A DNA stretch of 64,000 nt from Lama guanicoe (Eukaryota). This document shows positions 1 through 13,639 of this stretch, piece by piece. The stretch's first letter is position 1; every line of letters starts with the position of its first letter. Made by a program: the position numbers and the translations under genes. Where the stretch lies: assembly GCA_013239625.1 (NCBI GenBank), contig MU053810.1, positions 1 through 64,000 of the forward strand. The letters run 5' to 3'. The notes beneath the pieces were generated by a model that was not told where the DNA came from, ran no database searches, and was given only the letters and a program-made list of their open reading frames with translations.

Positions 1-2295
1 TCAGTGATCACTGGCCTATTTAACTTTGTCATGAATCAATTTTGAAAATGTATACTTTTCCAAAAACAAGTAGTTTTTAAATATTTCTAGCACACTGGCT
101 CATTCTTAAACTTTTTTGATACTTTTTCTTTTAATTTTCTAAATAGTTCTCTACTTGGATTTTTTTTTTTGAAGAACTAGCTCTTGAGTTTATAAAATTG
201 ATTTTAAACTTGGTTGTCTCTTTCAATAAAATTTGAGATTATAGCAAACAGCATCAAAAAAATTTAACCAAACTATGTCATTTCCTTTTTTTTTTCTTTC
301 CCAGGCAAGTCACCTATACCTTGCTTCATTTTTTTCTTCTTCTTCCAATTACATCAATCTACTTCAAAGCTTTTTCCAGCCCCAAAGGAAAGGTAGGTAG
401 AGTCATCCATTCTAAAGTAAAGCAGCCTATGCTATCCATGAACACAGGTCAGTGCTTTCAGCTTCAATAGGAATTTAAAAATTAGTTTACGTGTTCCCTA
501 AAAGATCTTAATTCTTTTAATTAACCCTTTCCAGGTAGTTGTAATTCTGGTTTTCATTTCTTTTGGAATTGGTCACATGGAAGTAAAGTTAGATACTGCA
601 CTTTCTCAGAATCCTCTACTCCTCATAAACTCACCAAATCCTTTTTAAACTGACAACTTCCTAAAATTCCTTTTTTCCACTGTATCTTTTACAATGAAAT
701 GGATAGCTGATACTCCATGTTACCCTGCCCTACATAAATCTTCAAGTTCTGGGACCATTCATTCATTACTTCACAAAATACGATCCCCTATGTTGTAAAT
801 AATGTTAAGAAAGTACATGTTTTTTCAATGTTAGTCCACGTAAGTGTGCTTTTCTACCTTCCTACAAATGTAAGCCCAAAAGGGGATGGAGTGCTAAATG
901 CCACCTCAATCACATGAAAGTTATAAAACACTTTCATCAACATAAAGAACAAATTCTGTTAAATTTGAAGCTAGATATATATTTTATTTGACTTTTCCAG
1001 AAGTGAACTAGAAAATAGACTTAGATCCTTCCTTGGAAAACTGAATTTTATAACCTTCTGGGAGAGTGATAATCATTTTGACCAACAGTTAAGGAGTAAA
1101 CCATTTAAAAACGGTGAATTTCTAAAACAATAACAAAATCTTGCTTATAGTTTCAAGGTCTCCTCAATCACACATTTTAAGTATTCTACTAGCAGTTAAC
1201 GATCATCAAGCAAGTAAACACCTCATCACTAACTACAATGACAAAAGTGCAGAATGACACACACTTCTGTTCCTGAGGGAGAAGAGAGGAATCTTAAACG
1301 CTTTTATCTCGTCATCAATCAGCTTTTTAAAAGAAATATCTGGCTTTTTTTTCTCTCTCTTTTAAAATCTAAAGAAGTTGGCTGTTGAAAACTATTAATT
1401 ATAATTATCACTGTGCTCAAAAATACCTAGGGAAAAATTAATGCGAAAGAACATTGTTACTGTTCAATTAAAGAATACAAAGATTTTTCTTCATAAGAAA
1501 CACAAACCCGATGATATCCAAAAAAGACAAAATAGAGTAAAACAAAAGACCGTGACCATTTTCCCTAAACAAACAACCAAATGCTCTGGTGACTTTTTTC
1601 ACAATGTTGATGTTTCCGATGCAACAGTGCCATCAGGTGGTATACCATGCTAACAGATTTCCCAAAACTCATTTTTTCATTTTTCAGCAAGGGGAAGGGG
1701 GTCCAATTAGAGAGTCCCTCACAAAAACTGCAGCAAACGCTCCTAAGAGCTGGATCAGGAAAAGCTGGTCAAGATTCAAGTGAAGCACCCACCTCTGAAG
1801 AGTATTCTGAACATCCAACCATCTGCTAAAATGTGGCTAAAACCATATGGCTTCAGAGTCACAAAGCCAATACCAGGTTCGTCTGTCTAAAACCAGTAAC
1901 TAAGAGACTCTTAGGTACTTTCCCCGATTATGACTGACTTTAGACGTGGAAGTCTGATTAGCTGCGGGAGACTTCAGAGGTCCCGGGAATGCCCCATATT
2001 TTGATCTAGGTGGTGGGTACACACATGTACGTAAGATATAAGCACTTCATGTGAAATTTCAATTATATGTGTGGATAATTATACTACATGTATTAACTAC
2101 AGAATATGTAAATATATAAGGGGATTTATAGTAGATTTCATTTCTGTGGAGTCCTTCAAATTAATAGGCCAAGAGATACCATGTCTTCTGAGATTTTTTA
2201 AACCACTATTTATTTAATGAAGGAAGAACACAATGGAAAATTATAGTAATGCATCAGATCAGGCCATTAAGAATTGTAAAGACGGAATAAATCAA

Positions 2296-3285
2296 TTTAA
2301 AAAACTTTTGTGCTGTAAATGATACCAAGAAAATGGAAAGACAACTCACAGAATAAAAGAAAACATTTGTAAATTGTATCTGATAAGGGACAGTACAAAG
2401 AATATAGAAAAAACTCACAACTCAATAATAAAAAGACAAATAACAACTTTAAAAGGGGTAAGGGATTTGAGCAGTTTTCCAAAGACGTACAAATGGCCAA
2501 TAAGCACATGAAAAGATGCCCAAAATCATTAGCCATTAGGGAAATGCAAATCAAACCCTCAATGAGACAGAGATGTCACTTCACAGTCACTAGGACAGCT
2601 ACGATCAAAAAGGGACAGTGACAAGTGTTAGTGAGGATATGGAGAAACTAGAACGTTCATACATTGCTGTTGGGAATGTAAAATGGTGCAGGCACTGTGA
2701 ATAACGGTGTACTAACGGTTTAGCAGTTACTAAAAACATTCAACATAGTTACCATATGACACAGCAGTTCCACTCCTAGGTATACACTCAAGAGAACTGA
2801 AAACATGTCAAGAAACTTACACACAAAGAGTCACACCAGAATTATTCATAACAGTTAAAAAGTAGAAACAACCCAAGTGTCCATCAAATGACAAATGGGT
2901 AAACAAAATGTGGTATATCTATACCGTGAAATATTATTCAGCCTTAAAAAGGAAGGACATTTTAACACATGCTACAACATGGATGAATCTTGAAAACATA
3001 CTAAGTGAGAGAAGGCCACATATTTTATAACTTTACTTACAGGAAATACCCAGAATAAATCCACAGAGATTAAAAGTAAATTACTGGTTTCTCAGGACAA
3101 GAGAGTGGGCAGGGAGGGAATGGAATTGCCTGCTAATGGATATAAGATTACTTCTAAGAGGAAGGAAATGTTTTAGAAAATTTTATTGTTGTGATAGTTG
3201 CACATACTTAGAACACTAAACTGTACACTTCAAATGGGTGAACTGTATGGTTTTGTGAATTATATCCCAACAAAACTTTATTTTA
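2296..3285 (+). mobile_element. Old LINE-1 3' fragment (L1MB/L1MC-like; ORF2 end plus 3' UTR)
   Basis: Typical L1 motifs: 'caaatggccaataagcacatgaaaagatg', 'ccatatgacacagcagttccactcctaggtata', 'aaacaacccaagtgtccatc', and the 3' end 'ctgtacacttcaaatgggtgaactgtatgg'. Subfamily is a guess. Confidence 0.85.
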
Positions 3286-4040
3286 AAGATAAGAACTGTA
3301 AAGAACCTTAAAAAGTTACCTAGTTTGGCATTTCCTAAACCAAACTATACAGATTAGGTAAGACAGCTAAATTCTCTACCACAAATACATATATATGAAA
3401 CCTTCGGGGCCTCACAGTCATAGGGCACTCAGGTGACTATCAGATAATTCATTCTGGTTTTTCTGGTCACCCAGGCTGGATGGGCTAAACGGACAAGTAG
3501 GGAATCCTGGCCAGAGAGAAGAACAACGACACTCCCTAGGATTCATGGCCTTTGGAGGGATAAGGAGGGGAGGAAATGCCACACAAAAAGGGAGGCACCC
3601 CTCTTTCAAAAACGTTTGTGGAATGTTCATGAAAACTATACAATAGGCCACAAGAAAAATTTCAAAATTATCCAAAAACTAAAACTAACATTATTCTCTA
3701 GTCACAGTGCAAGAAAAATATGAATTATTAATAACCAAGCTGGAAAACAAAAGTCCCACTACCTGGAAATTTCGAGCCTCTCTCAAACATCTCCTTAGGT
3801 AACAATGGAAAAATAAATTAAAATTGAAGAATTTCTAGAAAACATAAAAAGAGAAATCACTACATGTCAGAACTAAGAGAGACAGCGAAAACCAAGGTCA
3901 GAGGATACATTAAATGCCCCTCAAAAGAGACAAAGGAATAAAAGAAAAGAAGAACAAAATAAAGGTAAGAAGAAAATAACGATAAAAGTCAAAATAATGA
4001 ATAAGAAAACAGTAGAATACATAAGTAATCTAGAAGCTGG

Positions 4041-4042
<2 letters not shown>

Positions 4043-4078
<36 letters not shown>
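4043..4078. repeat. (GT)18 microsatellite
   Basis: Perfect GT dinucleotide run read directly. Confidence 0.97.
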
Positions 4079-4080
<2 letters not shown>

Positions 4081-7000
4081 CTAAAATGAATAAACCACTA
4101 GCTAACACAATGAAGAGGAGAAAGAAGAAAGGGGAAGTAAAAATACAGAACTGTTTACAATGGCAAAAACAGGAACGTCCAAGGTGGTTAAATATAGTAC
4201 ACTCATAAAAAGAAACACTGCAGATTTAAAACAAAAGAACAAGGGAAATCTTTACGTATTGATATGAAAAGATGTCTGAGATATGCTGCTACATGAAAAC
4301 AGTAAAGTTCAGAACAATAGATATAAGTTGCCCTTTGGGTAAAAAACAGAAAATACAAGATCTCTAACTGCATATTCTTATACCTGCAAAAGAAACTTCG
4401 GAAGGATATGCAAGAATCAAGACAGTGGCTTCTGTTGGGAGGAGCAGGAATTAGGTAGATGGAGAGACAAGGACAGGAAGGCTATTTTCCAGCATAGTGC
4501 TTAACATTTCAGGGTTCTGAGTCCTATGAACGCATTACTTATTTTTTTAAACAAAATTTTTAATTTGCTAATGACCAATGTTAATTCATCAAGGATTTTC
4601 AAGCATTTACTATGTATCAATACAATACTTGGTGTCGGAGACATTCAAAATTAAGAGCTCTAGTCCTCTTTTAAACAGCCCATAGTTTTTACAGTTTCAT
4701 GGGGATGCAGGCAGCAAACCAACTTCGAGCTGTACCTAATAAGCCTAATGCAATGTGCTTAATTCTTCATATTATGAAGACATTATGTTGAAAGTCTATA
4801 GAAAAGCACCCATCTGTATCAGGTTGTACATATGTAAATAAGGATGGTTGTTCAGGGAAGGTAATTCTTATGTTAAGAGCTCAAGGCTAAGCCAGAGATT
4901 TTCAGTGGGAAAATACAGGATGTCCCAGATGGAGCAGAAAGCAGAGGCTTGAAAGCAGAGAGCAAAGGGTATTCAAGAAATCATTACACATCAGGATTTT
5001 GCAAGGAGAGTGGCTACAGTGAAGGCTGAAGAAGCTGAAAGGGAGCTAGGTAAGGAAGGGCATCAAACATCATGTCGCATCAGTTTATCAGCCTCTACGT
5101 GTCAGGCACCGCACTAAGCGCTGGGGATGAGGAGTACACGCGGCCTCCTTCCCGCAGCCGAGTCTAGACGACAATGCCCACGGAAGCCAAGGAGGAGGTT
5201 TCTGCAGTAGTCTGATGCGTGGCCCTTCCCGTCTCTGGCTCTTCGCACACACGGCTGCCTCTGCCAGAAACGCCCTTTACCTTCCCTTTCCTCATCCACC
5301 CCTAGCCTAGCTCAGCCCTTTCTCAGGACTCAGATTAAATGACCCTTGTTCCAAGCAGCCTTCTCTGGCTCCTGAGACTGATTCAATCAGTTCCACTTGT
5401 TATATACTCTATAAATAATGCTGGAATTCTTCTTGGTAACCGCACTTAAATCCTGCTCTTCTCCCTCTCCAAACCATAAGCTATGTGAGTACAAGAGCTG
5501 ACTCTGTCTTGTGCACCTCTGCATTTCCAGCACTAATCACAACATACTATAGATCCTTGATGAATGAGTAAGTTTTACAACTTAATTTAACCTTTCTTGA
5601 TCACTCAGGCTGACTGCAAGAAACCTAAATTTTTATACTTACATATTTCAGGTATATAAGACTATGTGGTCTCTTTCTCATGGCTCCAAGAGGCTATGCA
5701 TTTCAAGAATTTGCATCTTTATTTTTCTCCTGTCCTCTCAAATCATAAAGTTTTACTTCCTACTACTTTCAAGACTGATTCTAGCAGATTCCAACTACTT
5801 CTAATTTGTAGCTGTGAGCTAAGCAGATAAATCCAGTTATAAAGGATATAACTAGCATAAGACCAGGTAAAAGTGTATGGTTCCTGAGCAGCTTTTTTTG
5901 GGGTGGGGATGGTGAAGTGGGATGGAATGGGGTTACAGGGAGGCAAAATTCTCTTTTATAAGTAAACTACTTAACTATCATTGAATAATTTCTTTTCGTT
6001 AACAGTGCCTTTTATTTTTGCTAAATTTGGTTCATTTTATGCTAAAAGTCCAGATAATTGTTACTGCATGTTTCTTCGTTCAAATAAATAGTTGAAAAGA
6101 AAACTATGAAAGTAAACATTCCATTGTATAGGTCAAGAAAAGCATCACTTGAAAAAAATTGGTCCACAATATTAAAAGATATTTGAGTTTCAAAGCAGAA
6201 TGTGTCTTACAATCAAAGCCTGAAAAACAACTGGCAATATTTTTTTCTTAGTTGTACATGAAATAATGGTGCACCTCATAATGCCATATATAATTTTATA
6301 TAGTAAAAATAATTCATCTATGATTTTCTCAATTTCTGAATTACTTACTCACTACATTAGCACATTTCACCTCCTTTGCCCCACTAAAATGAAAAACCAA
6401 ATGCTCACATTAATTAATGCTGCTGACAGGAGATAAAAACCAATATAGAAGAAAAAAGTAGTGATTTGGTTCACTGAGAAATTTTACCAATAGGAGACCG
6501 ATGAATGAACCAAATTAAAATTTTGCTTAAGAAACCTTTAGTGAAATCCCTCAGGATCCTTACCCTTTGGGGAAAGTATCTATCTTAGCTATGTTGTATG
6601 TAATCATCGTAACAGACAACAAAATCCTCTAATTATTCACTGCTGAATAAACAGAGATGGATCTCCTCCAGATTCCTGAAGTCCACAGTCTATGACCTGT
6701 TGTGGTCCTAAAATACGCAGGTGATGTAGGTGGTGTAAATTTAGTGTAACTTGGAGTATTACATTCTCTAAAAGCACTATGCAACTGAGTAAGCTGCTTG
6801 AATTACTAGCAACATAATCACTAATGAGACTTCCAATTCAAAACTATCGTAATTACCAAAAAAAAAACTTGAAATTTTTCATTTAAACACAACTTCTGAG
6901 AATTAGATACTCAATTTAGTCTGATCTCTCCACAAAATGAAAACTTTCCAAAAATACATATATCATTTATTATTTTTTTCCTTAGAGGCAAAAATGTAAA

Positions 7001-7279
7001 CCTATTGCTTCTAACAATGATTCAGTTATTAAGTTCCTATTATTCTTAAACATTTTCTCTTGAAATAACAGGAAAGCATCAGAAGAAACATTTCCACTAG
7101 AGCCAATGAACAAATGAACAAAAGTCAATGAGAAGCAAGTTCTAGTAAATACTCTAACAATAATAGTAACTTATGTTGACAAGGGACATTATAAAGAGAA
7201 AATAATTAAGAACTTAAATCTTCCAATCATCACTGCAGGGTAAAAACACAAAGAAATCCCTTTTTTCTTTAATACCTAC

Positions 7280-7365
7280 CTTTGTCTGGGAACTATAAAG
7301 AGTGCCCGTACCAACTTCTTCCTATTTGCTTTTGTGTTCATGTTCATGCAAAAATCCATTGCTGC
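7280..7365 (-). pseudogene. UPF2: UPF2-like exon (MIF4G-2 region), AAMDFCMNMNTKANRKKLVRALFIVPRQR
   Basis: 86-bp exon with ttttctcctatag acceptor and AG|gtaggt donor; translation matches mammalian UPF2 as recalled; phase 0 to phase 2. Confidence 0.93.
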
Positions 7366-8756
7366 CTATAGGAGAAAAAGCAAACTTTTTTCTTAAAAAT
7401 ATCTCGATTTAGCTACTGAAAGGAGAAACCCTGCCTGCTACAATGGATTTCTAGTAGTCCTAAACAGTTTAGAATGGTTTTAAGACACTGGTATTACAAA
7501 CACAACCCAAACTTCAATATATACAGGTTAAGAAAACAACAAGTTTAAGTTATAGTCTAAAAAAGAAATAAACTGTTACCAAAATTCTTTTGGGCATCTC
7601 AGTATTTTCCATCTATAGGTACACATGATTGTTTTATTATTAATCCCAGTCTTTAGGTTGATTTGAGGATCCGATGCAAATAAAAGATCCTCAGATTTAT
7701 ACCTAAACTATAAAGGATTTCAACTCTTCACTATAGACAGTGAAACATCTCCCATTAGGTTAAAACTTTTGATGAAACAAATGGCTCAACCAATGTTGAT
7801 TAGATTCAAACCCAGAAAACTAACTCATATTGAAAGTTCATTCACCAAGATTGAAACTTTATATCAATATTAGCCAAGAGAGTAAAACTCATTTAAATTT
7901 TTCTTCTTCTTATAAAGGGGGTATAAAATAAATTTTATTAAAATTTATACTTTATAACAGTAAAGCTTATTAGAGCTAATTAGAATAACAAAGAGGAAAG
8001 TTGAAAATACACTAAAGTTCCTTCAAGTAATTCACCCATAGGAAACATCAAAAAATTATGGACGAGTGTAATAAAAATCCCAAAGGTCATGTATCCGGAA
8101 AAGAAAATTGATTAACATAAGAAAACTTCACACACCCACACACACACAAACTTCTCAAATCAATACTTTTGAAAAAAAATATAGAAAATATAAAGAAAAA
8201 AATTTTAATGGCTAATAACGGCCTTTGTTTCAACACATTCAGAAACACAAAATAAAACGTACTTCAATAACTCTGTTTTAATTATCCATTAAAATGCAAA
8301 TGTACTTTACATAACCTATGAAATACATTTTATAAAACTAGAGAAGGCAATAATCACTTTTCCTACCACAATAATCGAAGGCCAGTTAGATGGGAAAAAA
8401 CCTATAATTCTCAAAAATCTGCAAAGATTAGGAGCTCATACAATATGTCAATGCCTGGTACAAACACTAGTGGTTCAATAAACATGTAGAATAAATGAAT
8501 CAAGACTACATGAAAACTTCTGGAAAAACTGCCAAAATTAATAAATTTGAGGAAATTAAAAAGAAAAAAAAAGCTTCACATGTATATTAATTCTTAGATT
8601 TAACCAGTCCTGCCATTTGGGGAGAAATGGAAGCGAAGACTTAACTGTGGTGGTGTCTACCTGCCTGGGTCACAACTGCTGCCTGACAATTCAATAAGCA
8701 GTTTTTTTTTTGAAAACTTGTTTCAAAACATTTGACGTACGTGAAAGACAGTTCAA

Positions 8757-8895
8757 GGGGAGGCTATATAGCTCAGTGATAGAGTGTATGCCTAGCATGC
8801 ATGAGGTCCTCAGTTCAATCCCCAGTGCCTCCATTAAAAATAAATATATAAACCTAATTACCTAGACCCCCCACATTACCTCCCCCCTAAAATAT
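8757..8895 (+). mobile_element. tRNA-derived SINE (camelid Vic-1-like)
   Basis: ggggaggctatatagctcagtgatagag ... cagttcaatccccagtgcctcc with A/B-box-like motifs, followed by an A-rich 'aaacctaattacc' tail. Confidence 0.85.
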
Positions 8896-9052
8896 AAGAA
8901 ACAAAAGAGTCAACAATCTTTTATTTTATAAGTAAAAGTAAATTTTTCTGATCATCAAATGCATGCAAAAATAAGCATCACCATGAATGATGTTACCAGT
9001 ATAAGTCACATAAAAGAAATCTTCACTTGGGTTTAACTCAAAGAATTCTTAT

Positions 9053-9156
9053 GGTGGGGGGGGTACAGCTCAGTAGTAGAGTGCATGCTTAGTATGCACG
9101 AGGTCCTGGGTTCAATTCTCAGTACCTCCGCTTAAGAAAAAAAAAAGAAAAAAAAA
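9053..9156 (+). mobile_element. tRNA-derived SINE (camelid Vic-1-like)
   Basis: gggtacagctcagtagtagagtgcatgcttagtatgcacgaggtcctgggttcaattctcagtacctcc plus poly(A); approximate TSD aagaattctta / aataattctca. Confidence 0.88.
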
Positions 9157-9899
9157 TAATTCTCAGATTTTTCTATTTCCAAACTACTTTCCCCTCTTAA
9201 GCCGTTTGGACCTTTGCCAATACATATGGAAGAAATTCCTTTCATGCGGAAGCTGACTCCCAGAGGAAACCACTGAGGTCCAACAGAGAAGGGTAGCCTC
9301 CTGTTTTCCACTTGACCCTCCAAGAGCTAAATCAGAATTTGATATACGGTCATTACTGGCAAGAGCTCTTAACAGTGCAGGACACTTTACAGTCCAGATT
9401 CACATGAGCTCTTCTCATTTGACTTTCATCACAGCACTCAACATGGGTGTGGGGCGCAGCAGGCATGTCGAGGTCTCTCTCTCATCCTGTTTATATCTAA
9501 TGAATATATGAAAATTTAGCAGAGGAAAGATTCGATCATATCCCAACCTTACAAAAATAAGCAACTGTTTAAGAGGTAGTTTTGGCTACATTCTACATCG
9601 GAAAGATAAAGGAGACTATCTCTTAAAACAGAAGTAAATGCCGCAATTACTAAGTGTTTGAAAACTATTTACAGACCTAATCGCTCCAAAAGGTAAGCCA
9701 ATTTGGAATCAGTTTCCAGCCTATTTGATTATATGAACAGTTACTGAAATACATCTTAAATTATTTGTAAAAGAGCTAAAACAAGCTGAAAATTGAAAAA
9801 CAGTGTAATGTCTATAGTTCTCTATAGAGGACCTCAAAGCATGATGGGGGAAGAAAAGATAAAAGATTACATTGCACCTTGACCAAAAGATGGCCTAAA

Positions 9900-10512
9900 G
9901 CAATGATTTTCAAACTTTGGGTCTCAAGAGTCCTTTACAGTCTTAAAACGTGTTAAGGACCTGAGTGAACTTTGTATATGTAGATTAATGCATTTATCAG
10001 CATTTACTGTTTTACAAGTTAAAATTGAGAAATTTTAAAAATATTAATTTACTTAAAAATACCAGGGGGGTATTTTTTTGCTAGCTTAGCTGGCAACTCA
10101 ATCACACAGGTGGCTTTTCTGGAGACAACTTGAGACAGCAAATGTGCTTTTCATATCCTTCTCATTTCATCAGGTTAAAAGGAAGTGTGCTCAAAGGTAG
10201 AAATGAAATAAAATCACCAATTTTCATGCATTCAAGGAGATTCTTAAGTGAAAGTGGCATTGTTTTTTTAATTGCAAATTCATGGCTACGAAGAACACAA
10301 TGGCCACTACTCCAGTTTGCTGCCACTGCGTTATGATCCACGTTAAAACACCAGCAACTTGACCCATCATCACTTTTGCACATGTTAAAAACACTGAACA
10401 AGCGGTGGGGAAAATCCTAGTACTAGTATAAAAAGTTTTTTGACTTTACAGAGCCCCTGAAAGTGCCTCAGATGACATCAAGAACCTACAAAGCACACTT
10501 TAAGGACTTCTG
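9900..10512. mobile_element. hAT-Charlie (Charlie1-like) DNA transposon remnant
   Basis: Start 'caatgattttcaaactttgggtctcaagagtcctttacagtcttaaaa' and end 'cacactttaaggacttctg' resemble Charlie1 termini as recalled. Confidence 0.65.
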
Positions 10513-10775
10513 GTCTAACAGTATTTTCCAAACCGTGGCATCCCTACATGAAGGGCAGAGTCAAGCCAACAGGATCCTAGAGACAGTTCCACCCCAAACG
10601 TAAGATGAACAAACCGGTTCCAACTGTGTGTTTATTTTGGATTCCCATGTAAGATTCCACTTGAAGAAATGGTTCATTCTATGGCCAAAACAGTCCAAAA
10701 ACCACAGACATTCCTAATTAGAGCTATCCTACAAGGTCTATGTGCTTGAGTAAAGTTACCTAGAGACAATCATAC

Positions 10776-10879
10776 CTTGTCTATCAGATCACGGTTGACA
10801 CAGCTGGGCAACTGCTGGAGGAAAGCATCTACTATGAGCTTGAGATGAGATCCAGTGCTGGCTTCTTCATCCTCTTGTT
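10776..10879 (-). pseudogene. UPF2: UPF2-like exon, (E)QEDEEASTGSHLKLIVDAFLQQLPSCVNRDLIDK
   Basis: 104-bp exon with ttttatgttag acceptor and AAG|gtatga donor; phase 1 to 0; matches UPF2 except PSC where human has PNC. Confidence 0.93.
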
Positions 10880-12067
10880 CTAACATAAAAGTAGTTTTGA
10901 AATAGGTTAAAAAAATACATAGACAATAGAAGAATAAAAACATCCAATAATAAGTTATTTGGAACACAGATAATCTAGATCATTTTTCTCACTCATGAAA
11001 AAAATGAAGCACTGAGATATTACCCTTAAAAGTTTGGGCATCTCTAGAATCATAATCCTAAACTAATCATCACAGTCTTTCAGGTATTAAGTATAAAAAG
11101 GTAAACTTGCATGAGACACAAAATAACGTCATAAATTGCATGTAGTTTTATTGTAGATCCATTATTTTTATCTGTTGAGCACCCCTTCTCCCACACCTTC
11201 AGTTAACATTACGATCACTGCTTGCCATCAAAGGCAATCCACGAGACTGTGCTGGGGCAGGTGCCAAGCTAAGCTAGTTGCTTTTTGCATAGGATACCAT
11301 TTTTACTTGAAAGAACTGATGGATAAACTGTGATTATTCAAACTTGGGTATTTAGCAAAGCACTCAGTACACCACCACTCCTCTCAGCACAGGCCAGCAC
11401 AGCCCAGAACTATCCAAGTCCTTCTATGCTGTGCATATACAGACAGGGGGAGAGAACCCCTCTCATCCTTTGATGTCACCAGCTGGTCTGAGCCTGGGGC
11501 AGCCTCCAGCCATGCCTACCCTCCCTTCATGACACGGAGAAAGAGAATTTGCAGTAGGAAACAATGAAGCCAACAGAGAGAAAAGCAATATTGACAAGAA
11601 GGCATCCTTCTAATAAAGAATTGTAACTAATAACGAAACCTGATAGGAAGTATGCAGGAAATAATTAACAGTGTGATATTTTTATCACTAAAGACAAAAC
11701 ATTATTCAATTATAAAGACAGATAAAATTATCACAGATGAACTGATACACTAATTGTCTTTCTCTCAACCATTGTAGAATAACTATTAAATATATTTTGT
11801 ACAGATTATATCAGAATTAATTTACATTAAGGACAATGCTAGAAAGTAAAGTATAAGAAATAGCCATTAAGATTTAATTATCACTGAAGTCTGTGGTCAC
11901 ATAATATGGGACATGTAGTATTTCTGTTTCAAGTCAAATTCCAAAAACTTGATGGCCTAGAAACAACAGGAAAACAAGGAATTAAAGAGTAAAGATTCAT
12001 ATTCACAGGCAAGAGCTTTGTGTATAACAACTAAACAAAAATTAAGGTATTTGGCAGAAGTGTTTAC

Positions 12068-12217
12068 CTTGCTCATCAAGAAGTTTCTTTGTAAGATCTT
12101 CAGCTTCATCTCCACCCTCTAACTCCAAAGCATCATCATTAATCTCTAGGTTCTCCAACTCGAGTTCCAGGTCATCAGGATTCGGTACCTCCTTATTATC
12201 CTTAGGTTCTTTTGCTT
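12068..12217 (-). pseudogene. UPF2: UPF2-like acidic linker exon, (E)AKEPKDNKEVPNPDDLELELENLEINDDALELEGGDEAEDLTKKLLDEQ
   Basis: 150-bp exon with tttcaaacag acceptor and CAAG|gtaaac donor; phase 1 to 1; open frame. Confidence 0.92.
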
Positions 12218-12559
12218 CTGTTTGAAATCAAAGAATAAGTATCTCTTAATTTAAAAGTCATATTGAAATCCTGCTGCAAGAAATACTTAAGGATTCACAA
12301 AATCTGTATCATTTGTCTCAGAATCTATAATATACACCTGACAAGAAATTTGATACATTCAGATTTTTAAGAATACATCATTCTCATTGAAAACAAAGAC
12401 CATAACCTGTTTAACTCTGTATGCCATCTGAACTCCTTAATGAGGAGTTCAGACTTTCTCTTGACACCAGTAAGCAAAAAAAAAAAAAGTTTTTACAAAT
12501 ATTATTCTCAAACTAATTTTTACAACACTTAATATAAGAACTTGCCCTCTAGAATTTAC

Positions 12560-12758
12560 CTTTAGAATCATCCTTGTTGGAATCTTTATTCTGACAACTT
12601 TTTTCATTATCTTTAAACAAGATGGCTGGAAAAAAAGCTCTCAAATCAATGAGGTTTTTCATAAAAATTCCGAGCATCTTCATCTTCCCATATACCACCT
12701 TCCAAGTCATAATCTCCAGGTTTACCCGGTGTAAACATATCAATTCCAGGCCCATGCT
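12560..12758 (-). pseudogene. UPF2: UPF2-like exon with +1 frameshift (EHGPGIDMFTPGKPGDYDLEGGIWEDEDARNFYE / NLIDLRAFFPAILFKDNEKSCQNKDSNKDDSK)
   Basis: 199 bp between ttttattgtag and AAAG|gtaaat, one more than a multiple of 3. The extra A in GAAAAACCTC (T-run at 12655-12659) gives TGA at 12646-12648; the two halves match UPF2 in different frames. Confidence 0.9.
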
Positions 12759-13639
12759 CTACAATAAAATAAATCACAGAGAATTAAAATATTTTATATT
12801 TTCAATTTTATAACTAATGAATCTTGAGGGTTTCAATTAACAGAAGCTTCTTCAATCACTCTGGATTGTTCGTGTAACCATCTTCACCATCAAATCGCAA
12901 ACTTGCTTTAAGTAAAGCTCTTAACCAGGACAAACTAGAGGAGAGCATAGGATAATAAAGATTTTTTTTTCTTAAACGTTTTAAGCAAGTGATATGAGAT
13001 TAAGTAGCCATTTGATATATCAGGCTTATCTTCATGAAACTTAAAACCAAAATAAGAAATACATAAGCTGGCCATTTCTAAAACATCCAGCTTAAAGTCC
13101 CACCTCCCAGTGAAGCATTTTTTCAAGACTCCCAACCCTCTGTACCACTTATAGCACAAGTATCTTTGCAAATAGACCATAAACCCTTAAGAAGTATCCC
13201 TCCTTTTGGTATAAGACTTGGTGTCAGACAGACTGCCGTAAACAGTCAATTGACAAATAACTGGAAAAAAAGGAAAGGAACGATGAAGAAATATATAGAC
13301 ATTCCAGTAGAAGGTGGAATTCCAGTAGGGAAAACCACATATATATTTACATACACAGTCTACCTTTATATACAACCATAGATTCTTAAACTCAGAACTC
13401 TAAAAGTAATTAATTTCCTACTTCATGCTTGTGAGACCATTCATGATTTTATCTATTTTCACTGTGCTTCTCTCCAAATTAGAATTGTAAATAAGAGAAT
13501 GATCATGCAGATTAAAAATAACCCTGAAAAAACCCAGATTATTCATTAAAAGTCATTTAGGAAAAACAAAAACAATAAAATGCCGGCTCCCTAACTCATT
13601 ACTTACATGTCTTACAAAAAATATATTTAAACACAGGAC

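Noticed and set aside
1441..1829. Short overlapping ORFs
   Set aside because: No similarity to downstream UPF2 exons or any protein I recognise, and no convincing splice pattern.
8757..9156. tRNA-like sequences
   Set aside because: They have A-rich tails, multiple diverged copies and no full cloverleaf, so they are SINEs rather than tRNA genes.
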